Of a DNA stretch of 64,000 nucleotides, positions 27,452 to 35,931 are shown piece after piece; positions within the stretch are counted from its first letter, which is position 1, and each line of letters opens with the position of its first letter. The position numbers and the translations under genes were made by a program. The stretch is taken from NCBI GenBank assembly GCA_029820045.1, contig JALGVE010000002.1:3538-67537 (forward strand). Direction: 5' to 3'. Below the pieces are notes generated by a model. It had not been told where the DNA came from and did no database searches. It saw only the letters and a list, made by a program, of their open reading frames with translations. This DNA comes from Candidatus Zipacnadia bacterium. Lineage in GTDB: Bacteria > Armatimonadota > Zipacnadia > Zipacnadales > UBA5352.

Positions 27452-27511
27452 CCGACAGGAATGTCGGCGCCCCGGTGACCTTCTGGATCGGGGGCCCGAC
27501 ATTCTTGTCGG
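27452..27511. repeat. REP doublet
   Basis: CCGACAGGAATGTCGGCGCCCC ... GGGGCCCGACATTCTTGTCGG. Confidence 0.65.
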
Positions 27512-27547
27512 GCTGCGCATCGCGACCATGAGTTGCAGGGAGAGACC

Positions 27548-28279
27548 ATGCCCGAAGCAGAAGTTGTGACATTCTTCGGCCTCTCCACCGAGATCATCGG
27601 CGTCTGGATTGCCGCTTGCCTGACGCTGGCGATCTTCAGCTTCCTGTACCGCGATAACCCCATCTACAAGCTCGCGGAGCACATCTTCGTGGGGATTTCG
27701 GCGGGATACGGCGTGGTCATCGTCTACCAGGAATCGGTGAAGCCGGACCTTGTCAACCCGCTGTTGCACCCGGCGGAGGTCGGGCTTGCCCATCCGAACT
27801 ACCTGGTTCTCATACCTGGGGCGCTCGGGCTGCTCATGTTCAGCCGGTTCTTCCGGCGCTATGACTGGCTCTCCCGTTGGCCCATTGCCTTCGTGATGGG
27901 CCTTTACTCGGGCGCGGCGATACCTGCCACCATCCAGGCGCAGTTCATCGAGCAGCTACGCGGGACCATGCAGCCCCTGCTGCCGGGCCTGGTGGACATC
28001 AGCGTGTGGACCGCCTTCAGCAACCTCCTGCTGGTGGTGGGAGTGCTCTGCACGCTCGGCTACTTCTATTTCTCACGCCCGCACCGGGGAGCGCTAGGCG
28101 CGGCGTCGCGGGTGGGGATATTCTTCCTGATGGTGGCCTTCGGCGCGGGCTTCGGCAACACGGTGATGGCCCGCATCTCACTGCTGATCGGCCGCGTGCA
28201 GTTCCTCTACTTTGACTGGTGGGGCCCCTACGTATACGGGCCGATCCACGCCCTCTTCCAGCACGTGGGAGGAGGCTGA
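27548..28279 (+). CDS. Multi-pass membrane protein, probably part of the GlmL-like cluster
   Basis: 'TLAIFSFLYRDNPIYKLAEHIFVG', 'YFYFS', 'FLMVAFGAGFGNTVMARISLLIGRVQFL'. Confidence 0.85.
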   Translation: MPEAEVVTFFGLSTEIIGVWIAACLTLAIFSFLYRDNPIYKLAEHIFVGISAGYGVVIVYQESVKPDLVNPLLHPAEVGLAHPNYLVLIPGALGLLMFSRFFRRYDWLSRWPIAFVMGLYSGAAIPATIQAQFIEQLRGTMQPLLPGLVDISVWTAFSNLLLVVGVLCTLGYFYFSRPHRGALGAASRVGIFFLMVAFGAGFGNTVMARISLLIGRVQFLYFDWWGPYVYGPIHALFQHVGGG

Positions 28280-28390
28280 GGACCGCCACACGTCAGCGGG
28301 TCGGGGTCATTGCTGGCGGTGAAGAGGGCGGGACTCGCTTTGACCTGCTTCCTGTCTGCGCTATTACCCATTCCCGAAGCCGGCGCAACG

Positions 28391-28399
28391 TGGTATACT
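28391..28399 (+). promoter_or_regulatory. Extended -10 promoter element for the toxin-antitoxin pair
   Basis: TGgTATACT about 30 bp upstream of the likely antitoxin start. Confidence 0.45.
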
Positions 28400-28427
28400 G
28401 TCTGTGGAAGCAAGGGGAGGTGTACTC

Positions 28428-28835
28428 ACGAGCACACAATTGAAAGAACTGGATATAACAGGTCACGTCCTCGAGGCCGACATGCGCCAGGGACGCTTTC
28501 AACTGTGGGTGGACGACCGCACACCCGTTACGGTGCCTTTGTCGCCGCCAGAGGAGGACGAAGTAATAGAAGCCCTACGGGGTCATCGGACGGTTCGGCT
28601 ACAGGTCATAGGACGAGGCGAGTTCTCAGCCTCGGGCAAGCCCTTGCGCGTGACTGAGGTCGAGGAGATGCGACTTCATCCAGTCGGGGAAGTGGGCTAC
28701 GACGCCACGGCTCGCCCCATTGAGGATGTCCTGGCAGAGCTGGCTGCGGAGGTGCCTGAGGAGGACTGGGAGCGGCTGCCACCCGATCTCACTGATAACC
28801 TGGATCACTACCTCTATGGGACACCCCGGCGATGA
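28428..28835 (+). CDS. Putative antitoxin of the PIN toxin; start uncertain
   Basis: C-terminal 'LPPDLTDNLDHYLYG'; overlaps the toxin ATG (ATGA); the best SD (GGAGG) precedes in-frame ACG 28428; alternatives are TTG 28440 and GTG 28404. Confidence 0.65.
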   Translation, partial: TSTQLKELDITGHVLEADMRQGRFQLWVDDRTPVTVPLSPPEEDEVIEALRGHRTVRLQVIGRGEFSASGKPLRVTEVEEMRLHPVGEVGYDATARPIEDVLAELAAEVPEEDWERLPPDLTDNLDHYLYGTPRR

Positions 28836-29248
28836 AGACGGTTTTCGCAGACACCGATTACTGGATCGCGAGAGCCGTGCCCAATGACCAGTAGGCCGAG
28901 GCCGCGAAACGGGCTCGTGAATCCCTCGGTGACGTGAAGCTCCTCACTACCGACGAAGTCCTGAGTGAGTTCTTGGCCGCCCTGAGCGCCGGCGGTGAGA
29001 ACGTCCGCCGTAAAGCTGTCCAGATGGTTAGAGCCATCCTCGGCAACCCAAACGTTAAGGTCCTTCCGCAGACACGCGATTCGTTCCTCAAGGGCATGGA
29101 GTTCTACGAGGAGCGACCGGACAAGAGCTATAGCTTGGCTGACTGCGTTTCCATGAACGCGATGCGCGCAGAATCGCTTACTGAGATCCTCACCCATGAC
29201 CACCACTTCGCGCAAGAGGGGTTCCACGTACTCATCACCGACGACTGA
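28832..29248 (+). pseudogene. vapC: PIN-domain (VapC-like) toxin with an in-frame TAG at codon 21
   Basis: MKTVFADTDYWIA...NDQ*AEAA...TTDEVLSEFL...SLADCVSM...LTHDHHFAQEGF; stop at 28892-28894. Confidence 0.85.
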
Positions 29249-29318
29249 GAAGGCAAGCGACCACCAATAATAACTGCCCCGGCCGCCCTGGTGAGCGTCT
29301 GGGGCCTTGCTTTCGGCC

Positions 29319-32282
29319 TCACAGCATCGGCACCTTCGGGAACAACGTCTCCAGGAGCTTGAGCATCCGCTCATTCATCCACGGCTCGATGCTCGTGAAG
29401 GTCTGCAAGTAACCCTCAAGCGGCGTCTCACGGCCGACCACGAACCGCGTGATGGTCTCGTCCCTGCTCGTCAGCACGAGGTCCCCTCGCCGCGCCCGCG
29501 CCTCGATCACCTGCACCTCTCCTTTCTCCGCCTCCAGGCCGGCCTTGAGCCGGTCGCCGATGATGATGACGCGCCCGGACCAGTCGGCGAAGTCGCCGTC
29601 GGCCAGGCGCTTCTCGTAGAGGGGCCTGATTTCGGTGAAGAGCTGTCCCAGGTCGCGGATGCCGAACATGCCGACGCCTCCGCTCACCCCGCGCGAGTAG
29701 CCGGCCCTGGTCAGCGTCTCAGGCGCGAGCCCGTCGTCCGGCGCATTCCCCCTCTCGATGACCGCGATGCCCTCCGCGGCCAGCTTGCTGTGCAGAAGCT
29801 CCAGGAGCGTGAGCGCGATGTCCTGCCGGTGTTTGGCGCCCTTCTCGACGCACAGGCAGTGCAGCCTGGCGCGGTCACGGCCTTCCGGGCTACCGCAAAC
29901 GACCCCGATGAGCTTGTCGTCCTTCTCCGCGAGGAAGGCGCTATCCAGCGGCGAGAAACCCCATGCAGGCTGGTGCCAGGAGAAGAACCCGTCGGCACAG
30001 TAATCATCTACCCATCGCGACACCTGGGCATTATCCTTGTCTTCCAACTCCCGGAAGGTGACGCCGGGCGGCGGCGCGGACGGAGTGCCCTCGCTGAGGG
30101 TCTTCTTGTACCTCTCGCTCACCTCCATGTCCACGAACCCGAAGCTGCGGTACATAGCGTGAGCGACGTTGCGCGTGCCGGTGCCCAGCGTGAAGGTCGA
30201 GCAGCTCTTGGCCGCGGGATGGTTCATGGCAACCGCCAGCGCCTGCCGCGACAGGCCCATGCGCCGCCACTGTGGCGAGGTGTGCACCCAGTACACCATC
30301 AGCAGGCTCGCGTGATTGTTATGCGGAAAGTGCGCGTAGCCCACCTCCGAGATGACGTTGGCGACCTCATAGCCCTCCATCTTCGGATGCACCGCCAACT
30401 CCCCGTGAAGCTTGACGTCCATCTGTCCCACGCGCCGCCCCTGTGCATCTCTTATCTCGGTCAGCGACAGGCCCTGATCATCGCAACCCGCCTTGCGCAG
30501 CGCGTGGCCTGCGAGCAGTTGCAGGCGGTAGTCCTGTCCCTTCGCCAGCGCCGCCAGCGTTCGGCAGGCCGATCTGTCACCCATCGTGACGAGCTGCAGC
30601 GCGGCGATGGCCGCCTCCGGCGAGTCGGGCTTGCGCTGCATGACGCTGCGCAGCATGTCCGGCGCCCGCCGGTCTCCGGCATCTGACAGGGCCAGCGGCT
30701 CCACGAGCCTCCGCACCCTCGGCGGCAGCTTCTTGCGCTCCTCTCTCTTGAGCTTCGCCAGGTCAGAGATAGCATCCAACCGCTCCGATGCCGGCCCCCT
30801 GGTCGCGCCTCGCACCAGCGCCTCCCGCACCGCCCTATCGAACCCCTTCTCGTCCTTCTTCACGATAGGGAGCGGATGGACGGTGGTGCCGATCTCCCCG
30901 AACCACGGGAACAGGTCCTCACCGGCGGCCAGGCTCAGGTAATAGATCGCCTTATCGCTGTAGGAGGCGTACCGGTCAGTCAGGCCCTCGTATGCCTTCT
31001 CCTTAGGCATGACCCGGAAGAGTCTGCCAAGGAAGCCGTCGCCGAACCTGCGTTCCAACTCGCTCAGCACCCACATCCCTTTCGGGTGCCATTGCTCGGT
31101 CCACGGATATACCCGGGCCAGGTCGCCCTTGGTGCGGTCCGGGTCCTGCTCGTCGCAGAGCTGCTGGTTGACCGCCCGCAGCCGAGCCGCCTCCTCGGCA
31201 TATCCCAGCCGCTCCACGATCCTGGTCGCAAGGTGCCGGACAATGCTGTACTCCGGGAACACGGCGACGAGCAGGTCTCGGATGTGGCTGTGATAGGCAG
31301 TGCCCGTCAACATCACGAACGCGATGTTGTATGCCATCCGCCAGGGACAGGCCTTCACGCCGATCCGTGGGAAGTTCCGCCATCCCAGGCTGGCCGCCGC
31401 ACTGTCCACCACGGTGACCTCATCCAGCGGTCTCCAGTGCTCGCCGAGCATCGGCCGCAGCTCGGACTCGACGCGCGAGATCAGCCCCAGCACCTCCTCC
31501 AGTCGCTTCTCCACCCGAGGCTCATGTTGGACACGCACCCCGCCGACCTTCTTAAGCTTCATGGCGGGTCCGATCTCCTGCGGCACACGGCGGCCGGGCT
31601 TCGGCTTGGCCTCCCCGGCCAGCCAGCGCAGCAGCGGGTGACAATGCTGCAACACGCCCGCATCAAAGGCCAGATGCCCCATGATGAACACCCGCCCCTC
31701 GCCGTGCCTGCTCATGGCCGCGAGCGCCTCACTGGTCCGCCGATGCCCGAGCAGTGGTGTCGCGCCTTCGGGAATGCGCACCGGCGCCCACGTCCCCAGC
31801 CCGACCTTGTGCAGGATCCGCCCCTCAGGCGGTGCGCCATCGTTCTCCGCCACGTCATCGCGCCCGTATCCCATGAGGTAGTCGCGGTCCGGCTTCGGCC
31901 CCTGCTGACAGTCGCCAGGGGCCAGGAACTCGTATCCGAACAGCCGCGCCACCTGGTTGTAGGGCAGCGTCGCGGCTGGCTGATCCACATCCAACTCGTA
32001 GCGCGGCGTGGAACTCGCCAGCAGCAGCCCTCCGCCCTCCCTGATGAACCTCTCGATGTCCTCCAACTCCGCCGCAGAGAACTTGTTGGGCGCGTATCCG
32101 CTGATGATTAGCAGATGGTACTTGCGGAGCAGCGCCCACCTCAGCCGCCGTCGGCAGGTCGTCGTCCGGAAGACGTTATCCGGCTCAATGCGGATGGGTC
32201 CCGGCTCCGCCGCTGCATCGTGGTACAGGTCCACGAGCACGCGGACTTCTATATGACCAGTGGAGGCAGGCACGATGATCAT
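29319..32282 (-). CDS. Multi-domain GNAT acetyltransferase (GATase-like N-terminus, helical/HEAT middle, two GNAT domains, SCP2-like end)
   Basis: 'FIREGGGLLL', 'VHTSPQWRRMGLSRQAL', 'AHAMYRSFGF', 'LHCLCVE', C-terminal SCP2-like region; AAGGAG before ATG 32282. Confidence 0.75.
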   Translation of the reverse strand: MIIVPASTGHIEVRVLVDLYHDAAAEPGPIRIEPDNVFRTTTCRRRLRWALLRKYHLLIISGYAPNKFSAAELEDIERFIREGGGLLLASSTPRYELDVDQPAATLPYNQVARLFGYEFLAPGDCQQGPKPDRDYLMGYGRDDVAENDGAPPEGRILHKVGLGTWAPVRIPEGATPLLGHRRTSEALAAMSRHGEGRVFIMGHLAFDAGVLQHCHPLLRWLAGEAKPKPGRRVPQEIGPAMKLKKVGGVRVQHEPRVEKRLEEVLGLISRVESELRPMLGEHWRPLDEVTVVDSAAASLGWRNFPRIGVKACPWRMAYNIAFVMLTGTAYHSHIRDLLVAVFPEYSIVRHLATRIVERLGYAEEAARLRAVNQQLCDEQDPDRTKGDLARVYPWTEQWHPKGMWVLSELERRFGDGFLGRLFRVMPKEKAYEGLTDRYASYSDKAIYYLSLAAGEDLFPWFGEIGTTVHPLPIVKKDEKGFDRAVREALVRGATRGPASERLDAISDLAKLKREERKKLPPRVRRLVEPLALSDAGDRRAPDMLRSVMQRKPDSPEAAIAALQLVTMGDRSACRTLAALAKGQDYRLQLLAGHALRKAGCDDQGLSLTEIRDAQGRRVGQMDVKLHGELAVHPKMEGYEVANVISEVGYAHFPHNNHASLLMVYWVHTSPQWRRMGLSRQALAVAMNHPAAKSCSTFTLGTGTRNVAHAMYRSFGFVDMEVSERYKKTLSEGTPSAPPPGVTFRELEDKDNAQVSRWVDDYCADGFFSWHQPAWGFSPLDSAFLAEKDDKLIGVVCGSPEGRDRARLHCLCVEKGAKHRQDIALTLLELLHSKLAAEGIAVIERGNAPDDGLAPETLTRAGYSRGVSGGVGMFGIRDLGQLFTEIRPLYEKRLADGDFADWSGRVIIIGDRLKAGLEAEKGEVQVIEARARRGDLVLTSRDETITRFVVGRETPLEGYLQTFTSIEPWMNERMLKLLETLFPKVPML

Positions 32283-32425
32283 CTCCTTGGAACGGCGCAA
32301 TGAAGCCTACGTGCGCAATGTAGAACAGGTCCCGGCCGTGGGGAAGGACAAGGTGGCTCCTCACGACGCGGAGCGCTGCCCGGTGACGCAGGCCAGAGGG
32401 GTTCACGGCAGTGACATGGCCGGGC

Positions 32426-32881
32426 CTAGCCGCCTTCGGTACGCCAGGTGAACGGGATGTCAGGGTCGGAGAGGTCGCGGCGCAGCTCGTCCGGACTCTC
32501 GCGGTCGTAGTGGCGCGTGGGTACATTGACGACGACGGCCATCTCGCCGCCCACCGGCATGAAGCCATGCCAGACCAGCGGCGGTATCTGAATCAGCAGC
32601 GGGTTGAGTTCGCCTGCCACGATGGCCTGGGCCTCACCGTTGGTCGGCGAGTCAGGGCGGTCATCGTAGAGTCCGACCTTCGCGTTGCCGCGGATGACGC
32701 AGAAGTTGTCGGTCTGATGCTCGTGGCAATGCCACGCCTTGATAACGCCGGGGAAGCAGGCGGAGACATAGACTTGCCCGAAGCCGAGGAACTGTTCGTC
32801 GTCGTCGCGCAGTATCTCCATCACGTAGCCACGGTCGTCCAGGTGGCGTGCAAGCTTCTTGATAATGACCCCGTCTATCAT
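32426..32881 (-). CDS. RmlC-like cupin (dTDP-4-dehydrorhamnose 3,5-epimerase family)
   Basis: 'DDRGYVMEI', 'KAWHCH..QTD', 'DDRPDSPT', 'IPPLVWHGF'. Confidence 0.85.
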   Translation of the reverse strand: MIDGVIIKKLARHLDDRGYVMEILRDDDEQFLGFGQVYVSACFPGVIKAWHCHEHQTDNFCVIRGNAKVGLYDDRPDSPTNGEAQAIVAGELNPLLIQIPPLVWHGFMPVGGEMAVVVNVPTRHYDRESPDELRRDLSDPDIPFTWRTEGG

Positions 32882-32939
32882 TGCAGGTCGCTCCATTCTG
32901 TGCTCAGGCCGTGGCTCTCCGTCGTTGTCGTTGATGCCG

Positions 32940-34439
32940 TTACGTCGTTTGCCGTTTCGCGCCTCTCGCGTCCCGCCTCCCGCCTCCGCCGTACGGCATC
33001 TGCACCCCCACGGCGTGACGCGTGAAATACTTCAGCGCGAAGTTGGTGAGGTCTTGCTTGGTGACGGCCGCGACCCGCTCGGCGATGTGTAAGGAGTTCT
33101 CGGCGCTGCTGAAGGCCTCATAGCGACACAGGCGCAGCGCGGCGGTGGTGGGCCTGGCGTTCTCCAGCGCGTGGCTGTTCATCACTCTCGTCCGTGCGCG
33201 CAGCATCTCCTCATCGGATACCGATTGCGTTCGGAGCGCGAGCAGATGGCGCAGCAGGCCCTTGTGCACCCGCTCGATGGCGGAGGGCGCGCACAGCGCG
33301 TGCACCGCCAGGAAGGGCTCCCTGGTGACGGGAACCGGCAGCACGTTTATCGGGTAATGCTCAGCGAGTATGCGCGAGGGGATCGCCAGGCCCAGCGTCT
33401 GCAGCAGCGCGAGGTCGCGGTCGATGCGCCCCCCAGAGCCCCTCAGCAGTTCCGTAATCAGCTCCCCCGCCGGGGAGTCATCGCTGGCGAAGGATGGCAG
33501 GGGCACCCCGACCACGATGGAGGCCTGTCCGAGATCCTCGCTGCTGCCTACCTCAACCGCTGGACTTTCGGGCAATGGCGGCAGAGGCTTGGTCGGCGGC
33601 GCACTTTTCTTGGGCAGGGTCCCGAACGCCGCCTTGACCGCCGAGATGATCTCAGCGGGCGACAGGGGCGCTACCACGCATAGCACAGCGTTGGAGGCGA
33701 CGTACTGCTCGTCGTGGAGGGCCTTGAGGTCCGCCAGCGTGACGGCGTCTATCGTGTCCGGCTCGCCCTGCAGGGGCAGCCTCAGCGGCCCCGAGCCGTA
33801 GTAGGCCTCGCGGAACAACTCATAGGTCGCCTGTAGAGGCGTCTGGTGAGCCTTGTCGTAGGATGCCTGTACCAGCTCTCGCGCCTTCTCCAGACTCTCC
33901 TCGTCTAGGGTCGGGGCGAAGAAGCTCTGCGCCGCTAGCTTAAGCATGGGGCCGAGTTCTTCGGCCGTGGAGGCAATGACACCCTCGACTAACTCGTAGT
34001 CGGTGCTGACTGATATGCCGCGCGAGGCGAGAACCTGCGCCGAGGCCAGCCCCGGCCTCTCCTCGAGCTGCGCTCGCGTGCTGGACAAAATGAGTTGTTG
34101 CAGCAGCGACCGTGTGCCGCGCTTGCCCTCGGCCTCATCGGCCGCCGATGCCTTGATGACAAGCGCAGCGCCTGCCACCTGTGTTGACATGTTCTGCACT
34201 GCCAGCACGGTGAGGCCGTTGTCGAGCACTGCGCGGCTGGTAACGGGCGTCGCCGCCGCGCCAGAGCCGCCTGCAATCGTCACAAGTACGCATACCCAGA
34301 GGTGAAAGGCTCTTGGCAAGTTGTGTGGACCTCCTCCGTCTCGCACGAGCGCAAACGACAGTGAGCCTGTCCCGCGCAGCTTCGCGAGGACGCGAAACGC
34401 CCTCCCAGCGAAGGGGAACAGGCAACTGCAGTTGACCAC
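32940..34439 (-). CDS. M16 peptidase-like subunit lacking HXXEH
   Basis: 'LDNGLTVL'; M16 architecture with 'SLLQQL' in place of the zinc motif; true start probably downstream. Confidence 0.8.
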   Translation of the reverse strand: MVNCSCLFPFAGRAFRVLAKLRGTGSLSFALVRDGGGPHNLPRAFHLWVCVLVTIAGGSGAAATPVTSRAVLDNGLTVLAVQNMSTQVAGAALVIKASAADEAEGKRGTRSLLQQLILSSTRAQLEERPGLASAQVLASRGISVSTDYELVEGVIASTAEELGPMLKLAAQSFFAPTLDEESLEKARELVQASYDKAHQTPLQATYELFREAYYGSGPLRLPLQGEPDTIDAVTLADLKALHDEQYVASNAVLCVVAPLSPAEIISAVKAAFGTLPKKSAPPTKPLPPLPESPAVEVGSSEDLGQASIVVGVPLPSFASDDSPAGELITELLRGSGGRIDRDLALLQTLGLAIPSRILAEHYPINVLPVPVTREPFLAVHALCAPSAIERVHKGLLRHLLALRTQSVSDEEMLRARTRVMNSHALENARPTTAALRLCRYEAFSSAENSLHIAERVAAVTKQDLTNFALKYFTRHAVGVQMPYGGGGRRDARGAKRQTT

Positions 34440-34442
34440 GGG

Positions 34443-35885
34443 CTAGCCGCGCAGCGCGGCCGTTGCCGCCGGTCTTACCCCGCTTGCAGCTTCCCGCCTG
34501 CCGCCTCTGCTGTTCGCCTGTTGCGTCCCGCCCGACTCCGGTCGGACGATGACCAGCGTGTAGGCATCGGGGAGCAGGTACTTCCGCGCCACCCTCCGGA
34601 TGTCTTCGGGGCTGATCTTGTTGACCTCGCCGATGTAGTCAACCGCCATGTGGTACGTCGCAAGCGCCTCGTAGAAGCCGAGCGAGCCGACCTGGTCGCT
34701 GTAGGCCTCATTGCTGAAGGCGTACTCGGCGCGGAGCAGACGCTTCGCCTCGCTGAGTTCCTCATCGCTGACCTGCTCTGAGCGCAGGCTCTCGATCTGA
34801 GCCAGGATTGTGCTGCGCACCTCGCGCTCCTTGTCGGGCCTGGTGAGGGCGGTGATGATGAAGAGACCGGGATAGCGCTGAGTGAGGAAGTCAACACTGG
34901 ACATCAGTGCCACGCCCTTCTCCTCCAGCGAGGCATAGAGCCTACCCGAGTGGCCGCCGAGTATTGTGTAGATGAGGTCGGTGGCCCAGACATCGCGCGC
35001 GTCCGCGATTCCAGGCGCGTGCCACGCGAACGTGATGATGGTGGTGTCGCTCTGTCGCTCCTTTATCGCGGTCCTGCTACTGGTCTGCGCCGGTTCGGCT
35101 GGCGGGTCACTGAACGCCACGGGAGCGCCGGCCCGTTGCCCGAAGAGCTTGCCGACCTGCTCAGTCAGCGCGGCCGGGTCCAGGTCGCCGACGGCGACCA
35201 GGGACATATTACCCGGGACGTAGAACCTGGTGTGAAAGGCCTGCAGGTCCTCCAACGTTATGTGGGAGACCTGCTCCACTGTCCCCCCGACTCCCCTCCG
35301 GTAGGGATGCTGAGTATACGCCGTCTCCCAGACCAGTTGGTTGAGCATGCCCTCAGCGACGCTCAGGCGGTCCGTTAGTTCCCGCGTCACGACCTCGCGC
35401 TCGCGGGCCACGGCCGTCGGGGTCAGCTCCAGATCGAAGGCCGCCGCGGCCAGCATCTCCACGACCTGGTCGAGATACTCACTGGCGACGGTCACGTCAA
35501 TCTTGGTGAAGTCCCGCGTCGTGGTGGCGTTGACGTACCCGCCCAGGGCTTCGATTGCTGGCCCGACCCTCTGCGTGTCTCCCCGGGCGGTAGCCTCGAA
35601 GAGCAGGTGCTCGAGCAGGTGGGCTACGCCGGCGTTGTCATCGGTCTCGCAGTACGATCCTGCCCTGACATAGAGTCCGATGGAGACCAGGTTCCACTGA
35701 TGTTCGGGCTTCATGATGAGCCGGAAGCCGTTGTCAAAGGTCTTCTCGGCGATGCGTGACCCGTCGAGAATCGGCGCGGCCGAGACGGCGGGCAAAGCGG
35801 AGTAGGCAGTGGGCAATAGGGAAACGACAACGGCAAGAACGACGATCACGACTACGGTTGCGGGCCGACGCGAGAGCAACTGCAA
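34443..35885 (-). CDS. M16 (pitrilysin-family) zinc peptidase, secreted
   Basis: 'GVAHLLEHLLF', 'NATTTRD', 'HPYRR', 'FYVPGNM'. Confidence 0.9.
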   Translation of the reverse strand: MQLLSRRPATVVVIVVLAVVVSLLPTAYSALPAVSAAPILDGSRIAEKTFDNGFRLIMKPEHQWNLVSIGLYVRAGSYCETDDNAGVAHLLEHLLFEATARGDTQRVGPAIEALGGYVNATTTRDFTKIDVTVASEYLDQVVEMLAAAAFDLELTPTAVAREREVVTRELTDRLSVAEGMLNQLVWETAYTQHPYRRGVGGTVEQVSHITLEDLQAFHTRFYVPGNMSLVAVGDLDPAALTEQVGKLFGQRAGAPVAFSDPPAEPAQTSSRTAIKERQSDTTIITFAWHAPGIADARDVWATDLIYTILGGHSGRLYASLEEKGVALMSSVDFLTQRYPGLFIITALTRPDKEREVRSTILAQIESLRSEQVSDEELSEAKRLLRAEYAFSNEAYSDQVGSLGFYEALATYHMAVDYIGEVNKISPEDIRRVARKYLLPDAYTLVIVRPESGGTQQANSRGGRREAASGVRPAATAALRG

Positions 35886-35931
35886 TTGCGGTCAACTCCT
35901 CAGGGCGGGCAAGGGGCAAGTGGCGATCTTC

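Noticed and set aside
28892..28894. Amber recoding (pyrrolysine or alternative code) in vapC
   Set aside because: TAG serves as a normal stop for several genes here (25222, 38431, 41514) and no pyl genes are seen; a TGG-to-TAG nonsense change is simpler.
32426..32881. dTDP-rhamnose (rml) biosynthesis locus
   Set aside because: Only a stand-alone short RmlC-like cupin is present, with no rmlA/B/D nearby.
32940..35885. Active plus inactive M16 pair as a novelty
   Set aside because: Tandem M16B genes in which one lacks HXXEH are a well-known heterodimer arrangement.
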